DNA of 32,000 bases from Opitutia bacterium KCR 482 (GTDB taxonomy: Bacteria > Verrucomicrobiota > Verrucomicrobiia > Opitutales > Intestinicryptomonadaceae): the NCBI GenBank assembly GCA_029269845.2, contig CP149973.1:1590001-1622000 (forward strand), written 5' to 3'. The position numbers were made by a program, and so were the translations under genes. The notes under the pieces are model-generated. The model ran no database searches. It saw only the letters and a list, made by a program, of their open reading frames with translations, and had not been told where the DNA came from. Shown here piece after piece: positions 17,165 through 25,575 of the stretch. Within the stretch, counting starts at the first letter, position 1, and each line of letters starts with the position of its first letter.

Positions 17165-17845
17165 CTACTTGGCGGATTCTCCCGCCGCGATTTTTTTGAG
17201 CGATACCCCGTCTACTTCGATGTCTACCGTAATCGCGCGTCCGTTTTTTACGCGCAATACCGCGTAGTCTCTGCGGGATTTTTTGTCCGTCGATTCGCCG
17301 TATTTCTCCCCGATGTATTTTGCAATCCGCGCCGCCTGCTTTTTTGAAAATTCCATGCGCGAAAACGGTTGCTTGAACTCCAATTCGGGCTGCTCCAGCG
17401 GAATCTTTTTGCTGTTTTCGTAGCGGACAAAATTGCAGCTTTCAAGCGTCAGGTCGAGGTACGCGCCGCCTGCGGGTTTTTCCGAATACGAAACCGCGCG
17501 GGCAATTCCGTCAGAACCGCGCTCGAACGCAACGGCGACACGCACTTTGGGCTTGCCGAAAAAATCGATGTTAAACGGGAAGTCCTTGTCTTTGCGCCCG
17601 CGTTGCAGGCGCATTTCGACAATCGGAATTTCCGTTTTGTACGGCAGTGAAATCTGCTCGATTCTCGGCGAAAATTCCGTCGGGTCGAACTTTTCGAAGT
17701 CCGATTTTTTCACCTGTTTGATTGGGAGGCGAAGCTCCGTCCCCGTCTCCACGATGTCGGAAGCCTTGCCGATTGTGCGAAGCCCCACAAACGCTTCGGC
17801 GCACACGAGCACCGCGAATGCCGCCGCCAAAAGTTTAGTTTTCAC
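17165..17845 (-). CDS. secreted or membrane-anchored GDYXXLXY-family-like protein (degenerate motif RDYAVLRV)
   Basis: 226 aa, GTG start, N-terminal signal/anchor (KLLAAAFAVLVCAEAF). The near-C-terminal RDYAVLRV sits where the family motif GDYxxLxY lies. Its position downstream of a DUF2157-like membrane protein is the usual pairing. Confidence 0.6.
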   Translation of the reverse strand: MKTKLLAAAFAVLVCAEAFVGLRTIGKASDIVETGTELRLPIKQVKKSDFEKFDPTEFSPRIEQISLPYKTEIPIVEMRLQRGRKDKDFPFNIDFFGKPKVRVAVAFERGSDGIARAVSYSEKPAGGAYLDLTLESCNFVRYENSKKIPLEQPELEFKQPFSRMEFSKKQAARIAKYIGEKYGESTDKKSRRDYAVLRVKNGRAITVDIEVDGVSLKKIAAGESAK

Positions 17846-19196
17846 GGTCGAGCCTCCTCTTCAAAAAGTAGTTCGCGCCTATCAACAGAATCCCGCAAAG
17901 CCCGAAAAACGCCGAGCGGAACAGAATGCCGCCGTCGCTTGCCGACACGCGGAGAATCCCCTGCCAGACAATCATTGCCACGCCCGCGTTAAGCAACAGA
18001 AAACTCCCCCGCCGCACTCCCGCAAAGGCGAGCGACGCGGCGGCGGCGAAAAACACGGCGTTTGAAAGAATCATGAACGGTATGTATCTGTTCCCGCAAA
18101 AAAGCCCCGCCGCAGCGTACAGCGGGAAGATGAAGCCCGCAAGCGCCGCGCCCGTCAGCCTCTCTTCGGACGCCAACGCGCGGAACGTCGCAACTCCCCA
18201 AGCGAGCACTGCAAGCGCAAGCGCCCCGACCAGAATGCACCCAGCCGCCGCCGAAAGCCCGAACAGGTCGGCAAGCGGCGGAAGAGAATACAAAAGTATC
18301 GCGTGCTCGCCGACGTAAGAGTTCGGCGCATTCAAAACGCACATCGCCCCGCACATTATCAAAAGCCCGACGAAAAGATGCGGAACTTTCAAGAAGCGGA
18401 AATCGCCCGACTTCGCCCCGACTGCAAGCATGGCCGCGCCGATTCCAACCGGGACGGCGGCGTAGAAGTGGTCGATGTCAGACAGTGCCTCCGAGGCGAC
18501 CGGCGGACACATTCCGACAACAAGAATTTCGAGCGCATCGCCCGCCAAAATGGGGACGCATATGCATATAATCAGGCGCAACACGGCGTTGAGCGCGTTC
18601 GGTTCGGCGCGATTCCGAAACGCATGGATTCCGACGGCGGCAAAGCACGCGCAGGTGAATAGGGCGTCGAAAACGCCAGCATCGCGCGAGTAGGGATTTG
18701 CGAGCACCGCGCACCAAATGGCGGCGATTCCCGCCGCCGCCCGCGAGTTGAAAATGAAAACAAGCGGAAGAGCAAAGGAAATCATCGCAACGGAGAAATC
18801 GCGGAAATTTCCCTCCAAATTCAGAATGGCTGCAATCAGGCAAAGCATCGCGCCAGCCGCGAGAATGTTGGCGACGGCGGCGGCCTCGCGCAAAAGCGGG
18901 TGCAGACGCAGCAACAGCGCGCAAACCCCGAATGTCGCCGATATCACAAGCGGAACAAACGCAAGCAACAGCCGCATTCCGGCCGACAGCTCGTCCCAAA
19001 TGTTTTGGACAAACAGGCAGGACGAAACAATCAAAAGAATCGCGCCCGCGAAATAGACGGCGTTGAAGAAAACGGGCTTTTTGCCTTCGAGCGACGCCCG
19101 CAAATGCGCCGACAGTTTCTCCGCCGCCGCGCGGTCAATCAGCCCGTCGGCCTCGTAGCGCGGAATTCTTTTTAGCAACTCGCGTTCGAATGACAT
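17835..19196 (-). CDS. polytopic membrane protein, DUF2157/DUF4401-like
   Basis: 453 aa. A soluble N-terminal ~40 aa (LLKRIPRYEADGLIDRAAAEKL) is followed by at least 10 hydrophobic segments. An 11-nt overlap with the downstream GDYXXLXY-like gene places its GTG inside CGTGAAAACTAA. Confidence 0.7.
   Translation of the reverse strand: MSFERELLKRIPRYEADGLIDRAAAEKLSAHLRASLEGKKPVFFNAVYFAGAILLIVSSCLFVQNIWDELSAGMRLLLAFVPLVISATFGVCALLLRLHPLLREAAAVANILAAGAMLCLIAAILNLEGNFRDFSVAMISFALPLVFIFNSRAAAGIAAIWCAVLANPYSRDAGVFDALFTCACFAAVGIHAFRNRAEPNALNAVLRLIICICVPILAGDALEILVVGMCPPVASEALSDIDHFYAAVPVGIGAAMLAVGAKSGDFRFLKVPHLFVGLLIMCGAMCVLNAPNSYVGEHAILLYSLPPLADLFGLSAAAGCILVGALALAVLAWGVATFRALASEERLTGAALAGFIFPLYAAAGLFCGNRYIPFMILSNAVFFAAAASLAFAGVRRGSFLLLNAGVAMIVWQGILRVSASDGGILFRSAFFGLCGILLIGANYFLKRRLDREN
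18601..18623. repeat. 23-nt exact direct repeat, copy 2 (inside the DUF2157-like CDS, encoding AFRNRAEP on the minus strand)
   Basis: Identical to 16985-17007. Confidence 0.9.
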
Positions 19197-19284
19197 GCGC
19201 CCATATTCGCGCCGCCGCCCCGAATGTCAATTAAAAGCCGATTTTTGTCTCTCTATGTTTTGTTTTCGGACATTGAGGTGCGTG

Positions 19285-19734
19285 CTAATATTTACATTTG
19301 AGTTCTATTTTTTGTTTTGCGCAGTATTCGTAGAAATTGTCGAGCAAATCGTTTTTTCCTCCGTTTGCGGTGGGGGACTTCCGAACGTGTAGCTCTTTAA
19401 TCTTCGGCGTTGCGGTTTTTTTAATGAATAATTGTGGGGTTTCTTGCCGTTCGAAATTTCGCGTAAACAAATTTAAATCATAGCCGTCTTTCCCGACAAA
19501 AACGGAAACCTGCCCGTCCTTTAATGATTCCGAAATGTCAACGTTTCCCCGTTCATCTGTAAGGTAGATACTTGCGCCGTTGAACGGATAAAACATTTTG
19601 TGCTCGTAAACGTACACGAACGCGTTTGCGACAGGTTCTCTTGTTGTGAAATCGTAAACCGCCAGCCGACTGCATGCGCACCCTGACAACGCAAATATCA
19701 AGCTAAACAGAAGTATGTTGCAAACAGGTCTCAT
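19285..19734 (-). CDS. lipoprotein, possibly with a carboxypeptidase-regulatory-like beta-sandwich domain
   Basis: I use the internal ATG at 19734, giving MRPVCNILLFSLIFALSGC with lipobox LSG-C. The longer track ORF (to 19824) would run through the tRNA terminator. The segment AVYDFTTREPVANAFVYVYE...LTDERGNVDI...VGKDGYD resembles a CarboxypepD_reg-like domain. A/T-rich codon usage differs from its neighbours. Confidence 0.6.
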   Translation of the reverse strand: MRPVCNILLFSLIFALSGCACSRLAVYDFTTREPVANAFVYVYEHKMFYPFNGASIYLTDERGNVDISESLKDGQVSVFVGKDGYDLNLFTRNFERQETPQLFIKKTATPKIKELHVRKSPTANGGKNDLLDNFYEYCAKQKIELKCKY

Positions 19735-19808
19735 AAGATACACGCCTTTACCGAGGCGGAGATTAAAAATGTAAACTGCGTTGCGGGAGGAATGCAACGA
19801 ATATATGC

Positions 19809-19851
19809 AAAAAAAGAGTCGCACTTCTAAAAAAAGAAATGCGACTCTTTT
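19809..19851 (-). terminator. strong intrinsic terminator downstream of tRNA-Asn
   Basis: The minus-strand RNA reads GAGUCGCAUUUCU-UUUUUU-AGAAGUGCGACUC. That is a 13-bp stem including one G-U pair, extendable by A-U pairs, followed by a U-run. Confidence 0.7.
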
Positions 19852-19854
19852 CAG

Positions 19855-19929
<75 letters not shown>

Positions 19930-20024
19930 TCAATCACTGAAATATATGCCTTGTAGTTTCTTTCTTTTCGACGGTTTGTCAATGCAAAATTTTATTTTTT
20001 TTATGCTTTTTTATCGCCGCGATT

Positions 20025-20708
20025 TCAACTCGCCCTCAACGCGCCGACCAACGATTTGATGTCGCTTTCGTAGCGTCTTTTTGCGGGCGCGATTTCCCGC
20101 CCGAATTTTACGAGCTTTATCAGCAGTTTTGGCGACTTCGCCAATGCCGCCGCCGTCCGCAATATCGAAATTTCGAGTCCGCCCGTTTCCATGTTCATTA
20201 TGGACTGGAAAAATGACGGCGGTATGTCCGATTCGAGCGAGTCGCTCACCCAGCGGAGGTGCGAGAATTTTATGCCGCGTTCCTTTGCCGCATTTTCGAA
20301 AAGTGTGCCCTCCATATCGACTCCCGCGAAGCCGCTGTCGCCGAGTTCCAATTTGCGTTTTGTGTCGGCGATTCTCCCGACTGTCACGATTTCCGCCTCT
20401 CTGCCCCCGAATTTGCGGGCGAGCGTTTTTAATGTGTCGTCGTCGGTTTTGAAAATGAAGTCGCCGTTTTTCATATCCGTGCGGCACGCTCCGCAGAAGC
20501 CTGCGAGTATTACGTGTGTCGGGCGGAGTTCGTCGATTTTTTCCCGCACGCGTTCGGCCGCCGCCGCGCAGCCGACTCCCGACGCGAGCGCGGAGACGTT
20601 TCCGCGTGTCGCCGCCGCGCCCAATTTCGGCTTTCCCTTGTATCCGAGAGCCGCGAACACGGGCGCCGCCTCGAAAACCGTGGGCGATACAATCAGAAAT
20701 TTCTCCAT
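20025..20708 (-). CDS. hpnG: PNP/UDP-family nucleoside phosphorylase/hydrolase, HpnG-like (a futalosine-hydrolase-like enzyme is the alternative)
   Basis: The internal ATG at 20708 of track ORF 20025..21062 gives MEKFLIVSPTVFEAAP... (227 aa), 2 nt after the hpnD-hpnE stop. ILAGFCGA and GVDMEGT...LRWVSD match the PNP_UDP_1 fold. The HpnG call rests mainly on context. Confidence 0.55.
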   Translation of the reverse strand: MEKFLIVSPTVFEAAPVFAALGYKGKPKLGAAATRGNVSALASGVGCAAAAERVREKIDELRPTHVILAGFCGACRTDMKNGDFIFKTDDDTLKTLARKFGGREAEIVTVGRIADTKRKLELGDSGFAGVDMEGTLFENAAKERGIKFSHLRWVSDSLESDIPPSFFQSIMNMETGGLEISILRTAAALAKSPKLLIKLVKFGREIAPAKRRYESDIKSLVGALRAS

Positions 20709-20710
20709 GG

Positions 20711-22843
20711 CTATATCTCGAAGTCTTGCGAGCTTTTCGCCGCCGATTCCATTGTGCACGGAAGTCCCGACTGAACCCAGTCGCCGCAGACGCGCATGTT
20801 TTCGAAGTCGGAGAAATCCGATGCCTTCGGGCGGGCGCGCTCGCTTTTCGTGTCGGCGGAAATCGTAGCTCCCACGAACGTAGACGGCAGGACGGCGGAG
20901 ATTTCGACCTCCCCGAAAAACTTTTTCAGTTCCGTTTTCAGCAGTGTTTCCGCCGCCGCTTTTGTCGGCATGACCGAGCTTGCGCTGATTGTTATTCCGT
21001 AGACGTGTCCGTCGTTCGATGGCTTTCTGAAAATCCAGTGGAGGGGCGAGCCTATGAGGCACGCGTATTCGCCGTCGAGAAGTTCGCGGTTTGTTTCGAA
21101 GTATATGTTTGTGATGTCGGTTTCGGCGATGTCCGAGAGCCGCCGTTTTACGGCGGAGTTTTCGGGCAGAAGTTTTGCGAGCGTTTTAAAGCCGAGCGCG
21201 GACACGAAAACGTCGCACGCGGCGAAGTCGCACTTGTTTGTCGAGATTCCCGCGATTCTCTTTCCGTCGGAGTGCAGTTTTTCGACGGTTTCGTTTGTGA
21301 AGACGTTTCCGCCGACGCCTTTAATGTAGAGCGCGGCGGGCGCGAGCGCGTCGGCAATCGGCTTTTGCGGCAGGTAGAGCACGCCGTTGATTCCGCCGCC
21401 GAGCACCGATTTTTTCGCGGTGTCGAGCATGAGCGTTGCGTCGGTTTCGGCGAGCGGCGTGTTGAGCGCGGACACGCAGAACGGCTCCCAGAAGTTGGCG
21501 ATTCCCTCCGCGCCGATTTTCATGCGTTCGAGGTACGCGAGCGCGGTTTCGCCGTCGCGGGCGTTTGCAAGACCGAGTTTGAGCTTGACGAAAAGCGGGA
21601 GGTTTTTGCGCATGCCGTCGAGCTTTCCGTAGGCGAGGCACGCGAGCGTTCTTTTAAGGAATCCTGCGCGTTTGTCGGGAAATTTGACGAGCGTTTTTTT
21701 GCCGCCGCCGAAGAGAAATTCCATCGATTTTGTCGGCGCGAAGAAGTCCGACGTGCCGAGGGTGTCGAGTATGCCGAAGAAGTTGAGGTAGCAGCCCATT
21801 GCGGCGTGGCTTGCGTTGTCGAGCCTGCTGCCGTTCCAGTCGAGCGCGGCGCATCTGCCGCCGATATGCGATTTTGCCTCGTACAGCGATACGTCGAAGC
21901 CTTCGAGCGCGAGCCGCAACGCCGCGCCGATTCCCGCGACACCCGCGCCCGCGACGATTGCGCGCCCGCACTTTTTGCCCGCCGGTTCGGGCTGTTTCGA
22001 GCGTCTTATTGCGCCGAGCGCGAGCGCGATTTTCCGCGGTTTGGAGATTTTCAGCGTTTCCCTCGCAAGCAGGAATCCGCGTTTTTTGATGGTTTCCAAT
22101 ATTTCCTCGTAGATTGCCCACATGACGAGCGCGGGCGCGAGGGCGCGTTTGTCCTCCGCTTGCAGCAGTCTGCGCGACTTGTTGAAAAAGTGTTTTGCGC
22201 GGAAGTACATGAACGCGAAAAGCCGCCGGCAGTTGTCGGCATGCGGGCGTTCGAGCAGGTCGGCGCGCGAGACTCCGAACGCCTCCATTTCGCTTGCCGG
22301 AATGTAGACGCGCCCGTGCGAGGCGATGTCGTCGAGCACGTCGCGGAGAATGTTCGTAAATTGCAGCGCGTAGCCGAGCGATTCGGCGAACTCCTTTGTT
22401 CGTTCGTTTTTGAAGCCGAAGATGTATATCGACACAAGCCCCACTGCCGACGCCACGCCGTAGCAGTATTTGCGCACGTCTTCGAAAGTTTCGAAAGGGT
22501 CGTCGTAGGTGTCGCGCAGGACGCCGTCGATGATGTCGAGCACGTACTGGCGCGGAATGTTTCTGCGGCGCACGAGCGACCTCATTTCCTCGCCGAGCGG
22601 GGAGATTGGGGCGTCGGAGTCGTACGCGGCGTCTATTTCGCGCTTCCAGTCGCCGAGGATTTTCCTGCGCTCGTCTTTGGGGCGCACCTCTTCGTCGGCG
22701 ATGTCGTCCATGAGGCGGCAGAAGGCGTAGAATGTTTCCATGTCGCGCGCGCGGTCTTTTTCCATGCAGAAAAACGCGAATGCGAGGTTCGATTTTTTGC
22801 GCTCGCGCACGTGGTACGCGCTTTCGGAGTTTTCGGCGTCCAT
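20711..22843 (-). CDS. hpnDE: fused presqualene diphosphate synthase (HpnD-like) and FAD-dependent hydroxysqualene dehydroxylase (HpnE-like)
   Basis: Single 710-aa ORF. Residues 1 to ~285 carry the squalene/phytoene synthase Asp-rich motifs (LMDDIADEE, RDVLDDI). After a short basic linker (RRSKQPEPAGKKCG) comes AIVAGAGVAGIGAALRL...YEAKSHIGGR, an amine-oxidase-type FAD fold. The C-terminal GDWVQSGLPCTMESA is typical of HpnE. Confidence 0.8.
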   Translation of the reverse strand: MDAENSESAYHVRERKKSNLAFAFFCMEKDRARDMETFYAFCRLMDDIADEEVRPKDERRKILGDWKREIDAAYDSDAPISPLGEEMRSLVRRRNIPRQYVLDIIDGVLRDTYDDPFETFEDVRKYCYGVASAVGLVSIYIFGFKNERTKEFAESLGYALQFTNILRDVLDDIASHGRVYIPASEMEAFGVSRADLLERPHADNCRRLFAFMYFRAKHFFNKSRRLLQAEDKRALAPALVMWAIYEEILETIKKRGFLLARETLKISKPRKIALALGAIRRSKQPEPAGKKCGRAIVAGAGVAGIGAALRLALEGFDVSLYEAKSHIGGRCAALDWNGSRLDNASHAAMGCYLNFFGILDTLGTSDFFAPTKSMEFLFGGGKKTLVKFPDKRAGFLKRTLACLAYGKLDGMRKNLPLFVKLKLGLANARDGETALAYLERMKIGAEGIANFWEPFCVSALNTPLAETDATLMLDTAKKSVLGGGINGVLYLPQKPIADALAPAALYIKGVGGNVFTNETVEKLHSDGKRIAGISTNKCDFAACDVFVSALGFKTLAKLLPENSAVKRRLSDIAETDITNIYFETNRELLDGEYACLIGSPLHWIFRKPSNDGHVYGITISASSVMPTKAAAETLLKTELKKFFGEVEISAVLPSTFVGATISADTKSERARPKASDFSDFENMRVCGDWVQSGLPCTMESAAKSSQDFEI

Positions 22844-22844
22844 T

Positions 22845-23705
22845 TTAAAAGAGTGCGGACATTAAAAGTTTGACCTTGTCGGCGGCGTTGAGCGACGGGC
22901 GTTTCGAGAGCGTGTCGTAGTTTTGCGACGCTATTTTTTTGAGAATCGCGCGTCCGCCCTCCACCGTGATTTTTATTTCGAGGCTCAGCGGGAACGGCAG
23001 GTGTTTGATGAGCCGCTCGCCCGACTTGAACATTTTTTCCGTCCTTTCGCATTCGAATTTCACGATGTCCTTCACGCGCGCGCTTGCGGAGTCTGCGAAG
23101 ATTTCGGCTTCTTCCGCGCCGCGCCAGTCGGACTGCGGAACGTAGATTCTGTTTTTTGCGCGGTCCACCGACATGTCCTGCCAGAAGTTCGCAAGTTGCA
23201 GCGCCGAGCAGATGTCGTCGGAGTATCCGAATAGCTCGTCGTTGCGGATTCCGTGCAGAATGAGCACGAGGCGTCCGACGGGGTTTGCGCTGCGGCGGCA
23301 GTAGTCGAGGAGTTCGGGGAAGTCGGCGTAGCGTTTTTTCACGACGTCCTGCTTGAACGCGCTCACGAGGTCGCGCAGAAGCTGTACGGGAATGCCGAAT
23401 TTCCGCACGGTGTCGGCGACCGCCGCGAATATCCAGCTCCACTTGGGGTCGAGCGCGTCGGGGGCGGCGTCGAGCTGGGCTTCGAATTTTTCGAGATTTT
23501 CAATTCTTACGGGGTCGTCTGCTGCGATTGATTCGTGCTCTTCGTCGGCGATGTCGTCGGCGGTGCGGGCGAACGCGTAGATTGCTGCGACGTGCGGGCG
23601 GATTTTCTTCGGCACCATTTTTGCGACGGGAAAATTCTCGTAGTGGCTGTCTGCGAGCTCCCGACACTTGCGGTACGACTCCTCTAAATTCGGAACTTGT
23701 GGCAT
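22845..23705 (-). CDS. hpnC: hydroxysqualene synthase, HpnC-like (squalene/phytoene synthase family)
   Basis: 286 aa with ENFPVA, ARTADDIADEE and a second Asp-rich region (FWQDMSVD). Its stop lies 1 nt before the hpnD-hpnE start. Confidence 0.8.
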   Translation of the reverse strand: MPQVPNLEESYRKCRELADSHYENFPVAKMVPKKIRPHVAAIYAFARTADDIADEEHESIAADDPVRIENLEKFEAQLDAAPDALDPKWSWIFAAVADTVRKFGIPVQLLRDLVSAFKQDVVKKRYADFPELLDYCRRSANPVGRLVLILHGIRNDELFGYSDDICSALQLANFWQDMSVDRAKNRIYVPQSDWRGAEEAEIFADSASARVKDIVKFECERTEKMFKSGERLIKHLPFPLSLEIKITVEGGRAILKKIASQNYDTLSKRPSLNAADKVKLLMSALF

Positions 23706-23752
23706 TTGCGTTAAGGTATTAAATTTTTGCTGGGCGTGTCGAGCAAAATGGA

Positions 23753-24793
23753 CTACGCCATTTCGCGCGAGGATTCTATTTTAAGCGCGCCGTTTTCGCT
23801 TTCGGCGAGCGTGGACGGGTCGAAGAACGCGGAGAAGGCAATCATTGCGGCGTTGTCGCCCCTGTATTCGCGGGGGGCGACGAGGAACTTTGCCCCGCGC
23901 GTTTTTGCGAGCTTTTCGAACGCCTCCACGAACGCGCCGTTGTTCGACACTCCGCCCGAAATTCCCACGCTTGCGTAGTTCCCGCGTTTTGCGAAGAAGT
24001 CGGCGCGGCGTTTCAGCTGCTCGACGACCGCGAACTGGTAGCTTGCGCAGATGTCGGGCTTGCGAAGCCCGATTTCTTCGGGCGAAAGTTTTTGCAGGTG
24101 GTAGCGCAGACTTGTTTTCAGCCCCGAAAAGCTGAAATCGGGGTCGTCTTCAATCTTCCTGTTCTGCCCGTAGGGGAAGAGCGTTTTGTCTATTTTCCCT
24201 CCGTGTGCGGTTTTCTCCAAAATCGGCGCTCCGGGGTAGGGCATGCCGAGCAGTTTTGCGCCCTTGTCGAGAGCCTCTCCCGCGGCGTCGTCAACGGTTT
24301 CGGCGAGGACGCGCATTTTTTTGTTTTCGTCAAGCTCGAACAGCACCGTGTTGCCGCCCGACACCGTAAGCCCCAAGTGGGGCAGGAGGTCGGCGAGGTT
24401 TTTCCCGAAATTTTCGGGGTCCTGCGCGTGGACGGGTATGAACGGCGAATACGCGTGCCCGCGCAGGTGGTTTGCGCCGAAAAGCGGAATTTTAAGCATC
24501 GCCGCCGCCGCGGACGCGCAGGCGACGCCCATGGCAAGGCAGTTCGGAAGCCCCGGCCCCGACGTCGCGGCAATCATGTCCACGCCCTTGAAGTGCTCCG
24601 ACTTCGAGATTTTCGAAATCAGCGCGGGCAGTTTTTTTAGGTGCTCCGAGCTTGCCAAGTCGGGCACGACGCCCCCGTAGAGCGCGTGCAGGTCTATCTG
24701 CGAGTGAATCAGGCTTTCGAGCACGCCGATTTTCGGGTCGAAAATGGCGACCGCCGATTCGTCGCAGGAGCTTTCTATTCCCAAAATCCTCAT
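23753..24793 (-). CDS. tsaD: tRNA N6-adenosine threonylcarbamoyltransferase
   Basis: The internal ATG at 24793 gives MRILGIESSCDESAVAI... (346 aa), with the HLRGH metal-binding context. The upstream extension in the track ORF (to 25165) is Arg-rich junk overlapping radC. Confidence 0.9.
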   Translation of the reverse strand: MRILGIESSCDESAVAIFDPKIGVLESLIHSQIDLHALYGGVVPDLASSEHLKKLPALISKISKSEHFKGVDMIAATSGPGLPNCLAMGVACASAAAAMLKIPLFGANHLRGHAYSPFIPVHAQDPENFGKNLADLLPHLGLTVSGGNTVLFELDENKKMRVLAETVDDAAGEALDKGAKLLGMPYPGAPILEKTAHGGKIDKTLFPYGQNRKIEDDPDFSFSGLKTSLRYHLQKLSPEEIGLRKPDICASYQFAVVEQLKRRADFFAKRGNYASVGISGGVSNNGAFVEAFEKLAKTRGAKFLVAPREYRGDNAAMIAFSAFFDPSTLAESENGALKIESSREMA

Positions 24794-25575
24794 TTTGCCG
24801 CCCTCCGTTTCGGCTCTTTGCACGCGCCGCGCAGGCGGCCCTCCATGAGCGATTCGTCGTAGAGGCAGTCGAAGCGTCCGTCGCGCCTGAACGAGAAGCA
24901 CGCTTTTTTGCCGACCACGACGTGCTCGATAAGGCTCAGGTGTATCGGCTTGCACGCCTCCGAAAGGCGCATTGTAAGGCGTATGTCTTCGAGCGACGGC
25001 GTGGGGTCTCCGCTCGGGTGGTTGTGGGCTACGGCGATGCTCGCCGCGCCGTGCTTGATTGCGGTTTCTATGATTTTGCGCACGTCGATGCTCGTTGACG
25101 ACACGCTTCCCTCGAAAATCCTGACCGAGCCGTTCGGGATAATTTTTAGCTTTGCGTCGAAGCATACAAGCTCGAAGACTTCGGACGGCTCGGAGGCGAT
25201 TTTCGATTTGAAATATTTTACGAGCTTTGCGATTGTCCCGATTTCGTCGGTCGGCGATTCAAGCTCGTTTTCGTGGTAGAGCGTGATGAGGTTTTTGAGG
25301 AGCGAAATTCCGAGCGCGGAGGATTCGCCTATCCCCTTTTCAGCGCGGAGTTCCTCGACGGGCGCGTCTATGATTCCGCGTATGTTGCCGAATTTGTGCA
25401 GGAGCGATTTCGCCACGGGCTTTACGTCTATTCGCGGCACGAAGTATGTGAGAAGCAGCTCCACGCGCTCGTAGTCGGCAAGCGACGCTATTCCGCCCGC
25501 CGCGTAGCGCGAGCGCAGCCGCTGGCGGTGTCCGTCCTTCGAGGCGAAGTCTTCGTTTTTTTCGGCGTTCGTCAT
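24790..25575 (-). CDS. radC: RadC-family JAB-domain protein
   Basis: 261 aa. N-terminal helix-hairpin-helix-like region (GHRQRLRSRY...YERVELLL) and the JAMM motif HNHPSGDPTPSLEDI. ATGA overlaps on both sides (with thiD and tsaD). Confidence 0.85.
   Translation of the reverse strand: MTNAEKNEDFASKDGHRQRLRSRYAAGGIASLADYERVELLLTYFVPRIDVKPVAKSLLHKFGNIRGIIDAPVEELRAEKGIGESSALGISLLKNLITLYHENELESPTDEIGTIAKLVKYFKSKIASEPSEVFELVCFDAKLKIIPNGSVRIFEGSVSSTSIDVRKIIETAIKHGAASIAVAHNHPSGDPTPSLEDIRLTMRLSEACKPIHLSLIEHVVVGKKACFSFRRDGRFDCLYDESLMEGRLRGACKEPKRRAAK

Noticed and set aside
19735-19824. Longer form of the lipoprotein ORF, starting at 19824
   Set aside because: It would begin inside the tRNA-Asn terminator hairpin. 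The internal Met at 19734 gives a proper signal peptide with a lipobox.
20516-22873. 785-aa plus-strand ORF, the longest in the track
   Set aside because: It is the antisense shadow of hpnD-hpnE. The translation is Arg/Ala/Val/Gly-rich low complexity with no motif, while the minus strand carries clear prenyl-synthase and FAD-oxidase motifs. Long antisense ORFs are expected at this G+C content.
23706-23752. Weak hairpin TTGCT-N10-AGCAA between tsaD and hpnC as a terminator
   Set aside because: The stem is only 5 bp with a 10-nt loop and an A-rich tail rather than a clean U-run. That is insufficient to call a terminator.
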